A stretch of 63,984 bases of DNA, filler included, from Octopus bimaculoides (lineage: Eukaryota): assembly GCF_001194135.2 (NCBI RefSeq). It is 5 parts of 5 records of this genome, joined end to end, with 100 filler letters (N's around TTAATTAATTAA, not from the genome) between each part and the next. Parts side by side here need not be neighbours in the genome. Positions count along the whole stretch, not along the records: positions 23,270 to 50,300 come from NC_068998.1; 4 more parts are not named here. One strand, given 5' to 3'. The notes under the pieces were generated by a model. The model was not told where the DNA came from and searched no databases. It was given only the letters and a program-made list of their open reading frames with translations. The number at the start of each line of letters is the position of its first letter. The first letter of the stretch is position 1. Positions 24,076 through 37,956 of this stretch are shown piece by piece. Made by a program: the position numbers and the translations under genes.

Positions 24076-25112
24076 ACGAGGGTGAGAAAAGCGAAGTGGA
24101 TTTTCAAATACAACATGGGTGTGGGGTACTCAATGAATGCCAGACAAATAATAAAGGTATCCAACTAGTAAGTAATATTTCATTACTAATGTTGTGATGA
24201 AGCTACGGCCAAAGCCCTTCATGGTTTGTATAGCTGTATTTAGAATACATGAAGTGTTCTGCTTTGTGAACAATGACAGAAGAGTAAAAGTAACCGAATG
24301 CCATTAACATGCCATACAGAATTTAATTCCCCATGCGTCTGAGCAAAGTTTAATTTCCCATATACCTATTGCATCATAGAGAATAGGCACCCAGCCCCTA
24401 TGCTCTAAAGCTTTCTAGTTACACATTATGAGTTGCCAAAATAAAGAGATCAAACTGCAGAATGAATTTTATACTAAGAGAAAGAAGAGAATTTTTAACA
24501 TGTCCAGCAAAACTATTCATTAGAAAGAGATCAAACACTAACATCTTTCACAATAGTTTTTATACCACTTTTCTTCAATGACAGGTTTTGTTTGGAATGT
24601 AAAACTTTTCTTCTCCCTCAAGGTATAAAATGTATTCCACAGAATGAACTGTTTGTGTAACTATACTATTTACTGGATACTGTGTAGCAAAGTATGTCAA
24701 TCTATAATATAATACAAATTGGAGCAGCCATCTCTACTATGGCATAAATTGATGGTTTAATTCCTCATGTGTCTAAGCAGAGTTTAATTCCCCTGTGAGT
24801 CAAGTCTTTCATAGAGAATAGACTCCTGTTCTCTTTTCATAAAGAGTTTTGGTCCCCCAGCAGAGCTTATAATGAAATTTTTCCATAAAATAAAATTATC
24901 TAACAAATGAACATTTATTTATACGAAGGTGCAAGTATAATAGTATAGTTAAGGGTTCGGCTCTGCTACGTGGCACCTTGGGGGCAATATTTCAAATTTT
25001 GCCGCAGGTCAACCAATGTCTTGTAAATGAATTTGATACATGGAAACTGCATGAAGAATTTCATTTGCATGTGTATGTATATATACATGTGTATGTGTGT
25101 CTATATATATAT

Positions 25113-25159
<47 letters not shown>

Positions 25160-25620
25160 GGGCATAGGAGTGGCTGTGTGGTAAGTAGCTTGCTTATGAA
25201 CCTCCTAGTTCCGGGTTCAGTCCCGCTGCGTGGCACCTTGGGCAAGTCTCTTCTACTATAGCCTCGGGCCAACCAAAGCCTTGTGAGTGGATTTGGTAGA
25301 CGGAAACTGAAAGAAGCCCATCGAATATATGTATATATGTATATATATGTATGTGTGTGTATATGTTTGTGTGTCTGTGTTTGTCTCTCCAACTTTGCTT
25401 GACAACCGATGCTGGTGTGTTTATGTGCCCGTAACTTAGCGGTTTGGCAAAAGAGACTGATAGAATAAGCACTTATTCTATCGGTGCCTTACCGCTAAGT
25501 TACGGGGATGTAAACACACCAGTACAAGGCTTACAAAGAATAAGTCCTGGGGTTGATTTGCTCGAGTAAAGGCGGTGCTCCAGCATGGCCACAGTCAAAC
25601 GACTGAAACAAGTAAAAGAA
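25160..25620 (+). mobile_element. Full-length tRNA-derived SINE family B (CORE-like motif) carrying an internal inverted duplication
   Basis: ggagtggctgtgtggtaagtagc head, ccgggttcagtccc B-box, accttgggcaagt CORE-like motif, central (TA)/(TG) tract and gactgaaacaagtaaaaga tail. Confidence 0.9.
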
Positions 25621-26430
25621 TACTGGGTAGGCAAAAAGAAAAAAATCCATGGCTCATGGTTAATTTTCACATGAGAGGCTTTGTCTAATATTTTGTAACA
25701 TGAAGGATTCTTCTAGTAGTACCCATAAACAGATATGAACAGGATTCTATACAATGTTTGTCTGTCCGATTCCTCTCACAAAGCCATGGTCAAATGTTGT
25801 TTATATCAAGCACTCTACCATGATGCATAACTGGTTATTATTTTCATCTTCCTTTATACTTAGCTTGGGAATATATCCATATATCCATCACGAGAGCTGA
25901 ACATTTTTCAGAATGATAGTAATTCTCACATATAAGTATTATCACATTATAATTTTGTGCGTGTATGTAAATATATATATATATATGTGTGTATCTATGT
26001 ATGTATCTATGTGTATGTTCACACATTTTTCTGTCAAAATTTTTTCTTTCTTTTTTTTTTTTAATTGTTTTCCATCCATTTCTCCATGCTTGCATGGATG
26101 AGATAATTATTTATTTGTTGAAGCAGAAATTATTTTTACTGATGGATGATTCACACCACTGCTAACCAATCAGCTGTAAAGTACAGTTAAAGTGCAAACT
26201 TCGATTTTTGTTCTTTTTTAACAAAACAATGTGTATGCTAGCAGATATAAACAGTCTAAGAAGCAGTGCACTTCCTGCTGTGTTATTTGAACTCATGACC
26301 ATGTAGTTGGAAAATTTAGTGCCTTGCCTTGGAGTACTTGTGAAAAAAAGGAGTATAAATACCAAAGGAAGATCTACCCTCAATATATGAGGCAGACTAC
26401 ATAAAATGGATTTACAAGCTTTTGTAATTA

Positions 26431-26834
26431 TTCTTTTACTCTTTTACTTCTTTCAGTCATTGACTGTGGCCATGCTGGAGCACCGCCTTCATCGAGCAAA
26501 TCGACTCCAGGACTTATTCTTTGTAAGCCTAGTACTTATTATATCGGTCTCTTATGCCGAACCACTAAGTTATGGTGACCTAAACACACTACCATCAGTT
26601 GTCACGCGTTGTTGGGGGGGACACAGACATACAAACATATACACACATACATATATATATATATACATATATATGACGGGCTTCTTTCAGTTTCCGTCTA
26701 CCAAATCCACTCACAAAGCTTTGGTTGGCCCGAAGCTATAGTAGAGGACACTTACCCAAGGTGCCAGGCAGTGACACTGAACCTGGAACCATGTGGCTGG
26801 TGAGCAAGCTACTTACCACACAGCCACTCCTACC
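26431..26834 (-). mobile_element. Full-length SINE family B
   Basis: Reverse complement of the 25160-25620 consensus. Confidence 0.9.
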
Positions 26835-26929
26835 AAGTGTTTGAACTTCTTTAAAAATGTGTGTGTGTGTGTGCGTGCAAATGTATATGTGTGTGTGTTT
26901 GTATGGAGACGTATGTGGGTATGTGTATA

Positions 26930-26970
<41 letters not shown>

Positions 26971-27789
26971 ATATATTGGTGTGTGTATGTGTACATGTGC
27001 ACTTTTAAAACTTTCATATCATCTTCTATATATTACATAATGTCTTTCACTCATTCCTTATCATTTTTCAATATTCCTGGTAGCCCGTGTGGCTAACCAA
27101 GAAACAATTATTGTTATTATTATTATTATTACCATCATCGCCATCGTCATAATCATCATTATCATTATTGTGTATTGTCTCTATTCCGAAATGTATTTAA
27201 CTCCAGATCAGATAGTGTCTAATATAGACATTAGTTTTTGGATCAATTTCAACATGTTTGTCCATTAATTATCTGAATGTCATTCAAATAAGAATAAAAA
27301 ATAAAAATAAAACTAACAACAAAAAAAACCAACAACAAGAACAGCAACAAAAGAAACAATCAAGTGATTGTCTCCTTAAGTATCGCTATTGTTTCGTTAT
27401 TTCCTGCGAAATGCCAAATGGTTCTCTGAGACTGAAATCAGTTATGATATTTTTTCTTTTATTGAAAAAAATTCTGAATTAGATGAATTATCTTTCAGTT
27501 TTTTTTACTTCTCTATTACATTAGTTTGTTTTATTTTATTGTTTTTCTCTCTTGATACAGTTATTACTATTCTTATTTCACTAGTTCGTTATTATTATTA
27601 TTATTATTATTATTTGTTTCTGCGTCGTTATCATCGTCATCATTGTTACTAATTTATTTAGATATTTATTTCAGTGTTGTTCATTTCATTGATGTAGGTT
27701 AGCATTTTGTTAAATTGGGGGAGGCCCAGTATAGTTAAATATACATACATACGCACACTCATGTGTGCGTACACATATATATATGTGTG

Positions 27790-27842
<53 letters not shown>

Positions 27843-28359
27843 GTATGTGCATATATATATATAAACATGTATATATATTTATATATATATATATCTATCT
27901 ATATATATATGTATAGGTATGTGTGTGTGTGTAAAATATATACACTCATGCATGAAAATACAAATATGTTAGTTTTTCTGTCAAACTGGTTTTAATTAAA
28001 ACTCAACTGTGTTTTAGTTAGTTTTGCTTTTTATTTATTTCCCATATTTTTGTGTTTGTGAAACAATAAAATTCCCAGATTCTTCAGCTATATTTCTTCA
28101 TTTTCGCAGTGCTGCTGGGACATTGTCTTAAAGGGCTTTATCCGACCAGATAAATGTCACTGTTTTTTTGTTCGGATAATGTTAATAAGGATATGCAGAA
28201 TCAAGATTAATGTTCATACATTCACACATGTATACACAGGCACGCATGAACACTCATACATGTGCATACCAAACACACACACAAGCGGGCTTAAATTTTA
28301 AGCCAACTTTTCTAAGTTCGTAAAAGTTTGATGCATGCCCTCCAGTGATAAAAAAAACT

Positions 28360-28680
28360 GGCACACTGTCGGTTACGATCACAAGGGCTCCATTTGATCC
28401 GATCATTGGAACAGCCAGCTTGTGAAATTACTGTTCATGTGGCTGAGCACTCCACAGACATGTGTACCCTTAATGTAGTTCTCAGGGAGATTCAGTGTGA
28501 CACAGAGTGTGACAAGGCTGGTCCTTTGAATTACAGGTACAACTCATTTTTGCCAGCTGAGTGGACTGGAGCAATTTAAAATAAAGTGTCTTGCTCAAGG
28601 ACACAACGCGTCGCCGCGAATTGAACTCATGACCTTATGATCATGAGCCGAATGCCCTAACCACTAAGCCACGCACCTTC
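28360..28680 (-). mobile_element. Full-length tRNA-derived SINE family C
   Basis: Reverse strand has the gtggcttagtggttagggcattcggc head, gagttcaattc B-box and tgtgtccttgagcaagacac body. Confidence 0.9.
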
Positions 28681-28690
28681 ACACACACAT

Positions 28691-28725
<35 letters not shown>

Positions 28726-29093
28726 GACACACACATAAGCATGCATATGAATATATACAGATATTCAGACTTACATGCACACACACATACACACACACAC
28801 ACGCACACACATAATCTATTTTTCATTATAGAACTCCAACATTCCAAGCGCTTGTTTGATGAAATGAAATTCTATTGGTATCATCTGACATCCATCCAAT
28901 ATGTTTGACATTTTTGTTTTCTTTCCCGTGAATGGATTTTTCATTAGCATTGATGAATTTGGCCTCAGACCAGATATACTTTGCAACTTGCATCCTTTGC
29001 CAAAAAAAAAAAAAAAAAAAAACAACAAACATTCAGAATTATATTTTTCGCATATATTTTTCTTATTTCTCCTGGAAATGATTACAATATTGC

Positions 29094-29144
<51 letters not shown>

Positions 29145-30729
29145 CATTATTATTATTATTATTAAATGACTTATTACACCAAGATTTAGAAGTAATCAGT
29201 TATGCAAGTCTGGCTTCAAATTTCCTTCTGAGAACTTCAGTACACATGTTATTCTACGTAGCTAGCCCTACAGGTAAAAGAAGAAGATGAACAAGGTGTG
29301 TTGTTATTAAAATGATAAATATTAACATAAGAGGAAAAATCAGCATTTATGGTATGAGGTGAGTGAAATAAGGGTGGGTGGTGATTGTTTATTTACTATT
29401 TGTTTTTTTAATCTTCCGTGTAAATATCTCGATTATATCAGCAGTAAAGCTGTTGTTTTTATAATATTATCCAAATAATGATGTAGTAAAGAGGTTCGAA
29501 TGTAAGATTGAAAGTGTCTGTCTGCAGGGAATAAGAAGAAAGTGAGAGGAATGTCTAAAATAAGAAGAAGCAGAGCAAAGCAGAGATTGGTTTGGGTGTG
29601 ACATGGTGCCATGGGGGTTATGCAAGACAACTGAAGATATCAGGAAATTAAGCAAACATTTGCTATGAATGGATAAAAACGACAACTATTACAGTTGTTT
29701 GAGCAAGAGAAATACGTATTTATCGTATTATAATGTTAATGTTATCAAATCCCAGGTTGGGTCTCATTAAATAGACTTAAGCATATGAACCATGGCCATC
29801 CCATCTTTCTAGAAATATATCTTAGACTTCTTTATTTAGTATACTCTTTTCTTTGCCCTTTTCTTTCCCAATCCAGTAGAGAGTGATTTAAAGAAATCTG
29901 GCTGGGCTATTATTTCTAGCTGGTTGAGCAACCACATAAAGGCTTCTATGAGTTTGGTAGATTGTCTGTATGTTCATCCATCTTCCTGTTCTGAGTTCAA
30001 ATTCTGCTGAGACAGACTTCACCTTTCATCCCTCCAGGGTTGATAATTGACAAAATAAATACCAGTTGAGTACTGGGGTCGATGTAATCAATTTGCTTCT
30101 TCCTCGAACTAGTTAACTTTGTGCCAAAATCTAACTGGCCCTCAATGTGTCTTCCTACCAAATTTCTATCATAACTTGTAACAATCCAAGATTATGGAAG
30201 AGTACACTCTTTCATGTGCTGTGCAATAGCTAACCCTTTAGTCATATTTGCATCCACAAGGATAAGCCTGTAGTGTAAAGATAGGGCAGAGAAATGCAAA
30301 AGAAATTCAAAATTCCAGAAAAGAGCAGTGCTGGGGTGATATGGGTCAGAGACTAAAAATATTTTGCTGAATTATGTAATTCTTCAACATAAGCGACATC
30401 CTAAGCTGATTATCTCGAATCAATCATCTGGGTACAAATGAAGCAGGAAGGAATCGTTGTGTGCTTTGAGCAAGTATAACTTAACGGCAAGTCTTTAAGG
30501 TTACATAAGGAAGGTTAAGGTCAGGGGTGAGCAGAGTAAGAGTAAGGAAAAAATTAGGAGAAGGAGGAAGGGGAGGAGGAGAAAGAGAAAGGAAAAAGCG
30601 TGGAAGAAGGAAAATGAAGTTGGAAGAAGAGGTGAAGACAAAGATGATGTGGAGGAGGAGAAGAAGGGGAGGGGGAAGGAGAGAAACGATGATGATGATG
30701 AAGAGGAGTAGGAGGAGGGGGGAGGGTTT

Positions 30730-31190
30730 CTAGTTTAGGCACAAGGTGAGAATTTTGAGGGGAGGACATAAGTCGATGCCATCGACCTCAGTGCTTGTCT
30801 GAAACTTTATTTTATCAACCTTGGCAAGATTTGAACTCAGAATGTTAAAAGAGCCTCAAAAAAACTGGTACTTAATTTATTGACCCCGAAAGGATGAAAG
30901 GCAAAGTCGACCTCAGCGGAATTTGAACTCAGAGCGTAACGGCAGACGAAACACTGCTAAACATTCCCCCGGCGCGCTAATGTTTCTGCCAGCTCGCTGC
31001 CTTTGCTTCTTTCAGTTTCTGTGAGTTTCTGTCAAGCAAATCCACTTCTTTCAGTTTCTGTCAAGCAAATCCACTCACAAGGCTTCAGTCGGCCCAAGGT
31101 TATAGTAGAAGACACTTGCTCAAGGTGCCATGCAGTGGGACTGAACCCGGAATCATGAGGTCGGGAAGCAAACTCCTAACAACACCACCA
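30730..31190 (-). mobile_element. Composite: family B 5' half joined to family A SINE(s)
   Basis: On the minus strand the B head/CORE (31190-31005) runs directly into an A head (31000) and body. Confidence 0.8.
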
Positions 31191-31939
31191 CTACACTCAT
31201 TACAATAACAATTTCTTTAACGCCACCATCACCACCACAACTGTGCAACCACCACATCTACCATGCAGTTCAACTTCTACCCACCACTACTACCATTACA
31301 CCACCACAATCAGTACAATCATTTTACCATTACTACAACCACCAACATTATTAACACAACACTTAACACTTTCATTGCGTTACCTGGCTAATGCCAAGAT
31401 CCTTTCATCAACAGAATCATGACTTTTGGCACCAAATGAAATACTTCACCAATGTTTCCTGTCTTGGTCAATAAAGAGGAAAACGTTTTAGGAATTTTCT
31501 TATTCTTGTAAACTTATTAGAAAATTGGCCTTTTCTTCAGAATACCTATTCAAATGGAAATTCAAATAAAATTTTGATTTGTTTTTCTTTCCTTCACAGT
31601 CTGATATATAAATTTTTTTTTCTTTCTGTCTTTCATTATTTCCTATATTATTGCATACATTCGTTGTAATACTATTATTATTGTTGTTGTTGTTGTTTTT
31701 TGGGGTTATATAGAATAAAGTACCAGTTAAATCGACACCACCACTACACTACCACCCTAAGAACCATGCCAATTCTTCAGCACACCACCGCATGATATGA
31801 GCCAATTCGGGAGCCTGCATATGTATGCATGTATGTGTGTGTGTAATATCATCATCATCATTGTTTAACATCCATTTTCCATGCTGACATAGGTCAGACG
31901 GTTTGACAAGAGCTGGCCAGCCAGGGAAAGGATGGTCTT

Positions 31940-32260
31940 CTTTACAGTTTCCTATTTCTTTATTGCCCGCAAGGGGCTAAACATAGAGGGGACAAACAAG
32001 GACAGACAGAGGGATTAAGTCGATTACATCAACCCCAGTGCGTAACTAGTATTTAATTTATTGACCCTGAAAGGATGAAAGGCAAAGTCGACCTTGGCGA
32101 AATTTGAACTCAGAAAGTAGTGGCAGACGAAATACCGCAAAGCATTTCGCCCGGTGTGCTAACATTTCTGCCAACTTGCCACCTTCAGCTTCTGTCAAGC
32201 AAATCCACTCACAAGGCTTCAGACGACCTGGGGCTATAGTAGAGGACACATGCCCTACAA
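31940..32260 (-). mobile_element. Second B-A composite SINE
   Basis: Same junction and same variant ctgtcaagcaaatccactcacaaggcttcag as at 31.0 kb. Confidence 0.8.
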
Positions 32261-32689
32261 GAAACAACAGCTAAATCTTCTTCAAGCCACATCATACTAT
32301 CTCCTAAAGGACATGTTGGATATCATGAACCTCAGCTCCCTACACACACAATAAATCAAAAGATGGTATGTCATGACTGGAGTGCCTTTAATGGCAGCCA
32401 AGTCCATCGCAAATCCTATCATCCCATCCTATCATCTTAAAAGTGGTCTTAGGCTGCACTTAGCTTTTATACTGTTACAAATTCTCTACTATACATTAGG
32501 TGCAGGTGTAGCTGTGGGGTAAGATGTTTGGTCTACTTTCCACTGTGCTGCATCTCAGGCAAATGTTTTCTATTATACCCTTGGGTCAACCAAAACTGTG
32601 TGAGTGGATTGGATATGCAGAAACTGAAAGAAGCCCGTTATATATATATATATATATATATAACACAGAGGCAATGACAGAAGATTGAG

Positions 32690-32985
32690 ACCTTTGGGGA
32701 AAGAGTGTGCTTGTGTAGACCTGTGAAGCCAAGTGACACTGTAGTCGTGGCAGATGCTGGTGTCATGTGAATGGCACTCATGCTGGTGGTACGTAAAAAG
32801 CACGCACAATGCTCTTGGAGTGGTTGGCATTAGGAAGGGCATCTAGCTGTAGAAACCTTGCCAAATCAGATTGGAACCTGGACCAACTCCTCGGTTTACC
32901 AGTTTTCAGTCAAACTGTCCAATCCATGCCAGCATGGAAAGCAGACGCTAAATGAGGATGATGATGATGACGACGACGACGATAT
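32690..32985 (+). mobile_element. SINE/LINE-tail family D ending in (GAT)n
   Basis: tggcattaggaagggcatc...ccatgccagcatggaaa...gatgatgat; homologues at 42735-43040 (-), 43420-43740 (+) and 31855-31930 (-). Confidence 0.8.
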
Positions 32986-33329
32986 CTTATATCTTTTATT
33001 TGTTTCAGTCATTTGACTGCGACCATGCTGGAGCACTGCCTAGAAGGGTTTTAGTCAAGCAAATCAACCATAGGACTTATATTTTTGAAGCCTCGTACTT
33101 ATTCTATTGGTGTCTTTTGCTGAACTGCTAAGTTATGGGGATGTTAATACACCAGCACTGGTTATCAAGTGGCGGTGGGGAACAAACACAGACACACACA
33201 CATAGATATATACACACGTACATTTATATTTATAGATGTATGTGTGTATATATCTATGTGTGTGTGTATCTATGCAGATTATGTCACACTTCATCACTGT
33301 CACATATATTAGATGTTAACAAGTGAGCT

Positions 33330-33720
33330 TTTACCTGGTCATTTAATTTGCTGGAAATAGCACTAGTATCTCAAGCAAATCACATTTTATTGTCATAAAA
33401 ATGAAGAGTATACTGCATAATAACGTTTTATATATATTGTGCTGGTAAATAGGGTGGGATTGTCAAGACTGGTGCACCTTTGCTCAAAGGTCTACTTGTA
33501 TTGAAATCAACTATTTGGTCTGAACAAAAAAAAAAAAAAAAATCTGATAAAATGATGAGAGAGAGCTTTTGTGTATTAGTGGAAATAATTGGAAATAGCA
33601 GACAACTCTTCCTGAAATCTCACCCTACCATCATTAGAAAGAAAGGACACATTAAATAGCACATTGTTTCTCAGAGATGGTTAGAAGATGGAATGGTCAA
33701 TATTGGAATGTCTTTGATCA
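33330..33720. repeat. Unclassified interspersed repeat (family E), two degenerate pieces
   Basis: aaatagcagacaactcttcctgaaatctcaccctac-like motif, shared with 5345-5440, 16440-16520 and 29760-29950. Confidence 0.55.
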
Positions 33721-36700
33721 AGGCTGATTTTGATCAAAACAACAACAGTTAATATATTGAGAAAATGATTCCAGTCTGTGTAATCGCCTAATTAAACTTC
33801 AATACAGGCTAAGATAAAGAAAAAAGAATACTTAAATCAAAATTCAAAAAGAAAATTAAAGACCAAACAACTCTTTAATTAATAAACAATGAATGAAGTT
33901 TTGCTTTCTAGTCTTTGTAGTGAACAAATTGTAGTCTGGTTAATCTCTAAATTCCTTGCAATTAGTTTCTCACAAATGACTCATAGAATATCAGAAAATG
34001 TTTGTCATGTCTGGAATGAAGGCATATTCCATACCATGAAAGAATTTATGGATGAAATAGTCTGTTGTTTATCAAAGACAATTATTTATTTAGTTCTGTA
34101 TTATCCATTTTTGATGTGGTTCTGAATTATTTCATCTCTCATATTTGTCTACAAAAATTGACATTTGATCCATTCTATAAACACTTCTGTTCTGTATTTG
34201 TGAATATGACTGATGCATGTATGCATATACATGCACACACAAAAATTCACATACACACAGCAGAATACCTTGATTACTATGGGTTGGATAATGGATGTTG
34301 AGAAAACATTGTAGTGTTTGAATGTCTTCATACATGTAAAAACCAACTGATGTCTAAACTTTGATAAAACTAAATATCTAAAGTTTCTGAAATACATTAT
34401 AGAATAAAACACATAAAAAATTGTATAAATAAATATATACAATGAATGCAGTTTTATGTTTAATGAGTCTAGTAATTTGCATCATAATATGTAAAAATAC
34501 AGAAAGGAAATGTTTTAAATATTGCAAAAGAGCTGTTTATTTCAGTTTTCCCATTTTCTTTTAGCACATGACAATACACAACTGAATATATTTCAAACTT
34601 GCCTTATGACTTGTATAACTATTTAAATTCTTCATTTATAGTTTCATTCCCGTCTGGAAGTATTACTAAAGTATCACTAACACCAAATTTAAACAATTAT
34701 ACAACAAATATACTGCTTCCTGCATAAAGGTAGAAATAGAATATAACAAAAGTAACATAAAGTGGTAGATGATCTGAAGATATTGACTACACAGGGTTGT
34801 ATGAAGTGCTGGAAGTGGTGTGTAGCTGAGAATAATCCCAAGCTTAAAATCCTTAATAAGTCTTCAAAACTATTTAACTATCAAATCAGAGATTTTCACT
34901 AAATGTCACCATGAGGAAAGGTACTTCTACAAGCACTAGAACAGCATACTACCAACCAGCTGAATAGATTGTCAGGAACAATCAAAACACTGACAGTACA
35001 TTTTACACTTTAGTCTTAACCTATAATACTTGCTCCTAATCTCACTACACTACAATATTATACCCTGTAACACCTTGTGTAGTCAATTATTTAACTTTGT
35101 ACGCAATTTTCTAATATGTTCAAAAGTCTTGCAACGAATACATTTTTTTAAATCCTTCAACTTAATTTTTCCTAACAACTAATGTATAATATAGTGCTTA
35201 TAGCAATATATGTATATATAATTAGCTATTCCACTTTTATTCATAATGCAACACTGGAAATACTTCAAAATAATAACATTTATGACATGAATATTTTATC
35301 AATCAAAAGAATCTACTGTCTGATGATTACTTAGTATAATCTAAACATGAATCTTGAAGTTATGATGCATTATCACTAATGGATTATACAATTCTATGTG
35401 TGATATATGTATGTGTATGTGTTAGGAATTTTCATTAGATTAGTTCTTCTGAATACTTAATATGATAAATTGTTGTTAGTTCCTACTTTCAATAAATATT
35501 TCCTTTATATTGTTTCCTTTATATTATTGAACTTTAACCCTGAATAGCAATTAGATAAGCTTGGAGTTTATTTGCCAAATATGTAACATTAGCACTACCA
35601 AAGATCCGGTTTTCACAAATGAAAGCTACAAATTTTTATAAGTTGTTATTGATGTTGTTGCCACTCGCAGCCTTCTACCAATCACATGATGTGTTTGGTG
35701 GAACTTTTGCTTTAGAGTTTTATAGAGGCTTACAAGTGAGCATGGGCAACAAAGCTTTCAGGAAAAATCTGGATACCAATAAGAGTCTGCTGGTTGGTCT
35801 CTTCCAGAGGATTTTTGACCTGGGGACTATTGATAATTTCGGAAATAAAAAAATCCATGAACCGGCCTAACCTGACCTAATCCACTGTTACTGATGGATA
35901 TTATTTCATCTGCAGGACTTAATTAGCTCTTATTATATATTACAAGGTCATGTGTCCAGCTCACTACTGATTAAGCAATTCTCCAGCCTACTACGATCAT
36001 GAGTCCAACACCTTCACCACTAAGCCATGCGCCTCCAGTGGTGGTAGAGGTAGTAGCAGCAGCAGCAACAGCGGCAGCAGTAGTAGTAGTAGTCATAGTA
36101 GTAGTAGCGAAAAAATCTGCTCACAACGTTTTGTTGCAATTGTTGTTGGATATACGTTTATCAGTTAAAGCATACAGCCTTTATAGAAAAATAATATTGC
36201 CCCAAAGAGATGTTAAACTCAATTTCCTATGGTTTACTCTCTTTATACAAAGCTACAATGCATTCTTTTTGCTTTCAAGCATTGTATGTACACACTTTTT
36301 TTTCTTTTCTTTTTTCACTTTTATCATTAAACCATGAACATGGTTTGAGGAAATGGATGGTAAAAAAGCAGGGCTGCATGATAGCCAACTGATGACTGAT
36401 AGCCATCTGTGCAAGGGAATTCGGATATATATGTATGATAATTTATAGCCTTAACAAATATCTAAATGGAAGATATACTTCTAAAAGTGGGATAATTTGC
36501 AAGAAATCGAAATCTTTAAGATAGTAAAAGTTGATACAATAAATTGGTGATTCTTAAATTTAGGATATCGTTTTCCCCTTTTCTTATTCAGCATTTAGTT
36601 TCTTTAGCAGGCTAAGCAACCATTTAGAAGCCCCTTCAGTAACATATAATAATTCAATTGGTTTTGGACATTGTCTGAATTGACAATCGTTCTTTATATT

Positions 36701-37254
36701 TCATTCTTTTTTCTTTTTTTTCTTCTTTTTTTAATTATTCAGACGTCTTCTCTTTTCTGTTTCATCCTTTGTCTTGCTACTCTTGAAGACAGATGACAAA
36801 AGACTTCTTCATAAATCTTTTGTCTTTTGTCTCTCAATCTCTCAGTCTCTCTCTTCCTCTTCTTCTTAGTATTATTCTCTCTTTCTTCTTTTCTCCCCTT
36901 TCTCTTTTGTCTTCGTTCATCATTTATCTTCTTTAGTTATTTCGTGTTTCTTCAGTCGTCATCTGTCTTTCCTTCCTGGCTTTTACTATCATTCTTTTGC
37001 TGTCTTATTGTTGAGCCTTCTATACTTTTCTTATTTATTTTCCTCGCAGTCGCCACCACCACGCCAACATAATTACTTTCCTTACAATCATCATCATCAT
37101 CATCATCACCATCACAATCACTATAGCCATTATCATCTTCTTTATCTTCACACATAATTACAACCGTCAGCATTACCATCGCTACATATTCAATCATGAT
37201 CACTACTATCACACATCATCATCATCATCATCATCGCCATTTTCACCATCATCG

Positions 37255-37285
<31 letters not shown>

Positions 37286-37657
37286 TTTCACCATCATCGT
37301 CATCATCATCATCATCATCATCAATTTTCTTTTACCTTGTATATATAACATGAGATAGTAGGAACGGATTACACTAGAATCTATTAGATTTCTTAGAACA
37401 AAAACTAACAGAGAAGTCAGAGAAAGCCTATTAAATTCCTATATAAAACCAAATAATAAAAAATCATAGAAACATAAAATTGTATTAGAGAATTGCAGAA
37501 CAAATAATGTACATCTATAAAACCAGAACTGAAAATCGTAAAATATCAGAGAATTATTGTCTTTTATTTCTAATCTGTCTTGTTAACCCATTTCCTTATT
37601 CCGTGGTGTGTACATGTTAATGGTAAAGACAGAAATAAAATGAGAGAACTGTGTATG

Positions 37658-37700
<43 letters not shown>

Positions 37701-37897
37701 GTGTGTGTGTGTGTGGTGGGAATATATTTATTAGAATATACTAGATAAATATTACTACTTTTCCATGACTTTAAGTTTCATGCTAAGTAGAGCATTAATC
37801 AGATGAGAGTAATACAAGTGAAGATATCTCTCAAATGGCTGTTTTTATTTAAGTCTTCTGTATCAGAAATCTGTGTGCTATGAATTTCTCTGTTTGG

Positions 37898-37956
<59 letters not shown>

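Noticed and set aside
29170-29275. Strong minus-strand acceptor cttcttcttttacctgtag
   Set aside because: All three frames stop within six codons and there is no supporting context.
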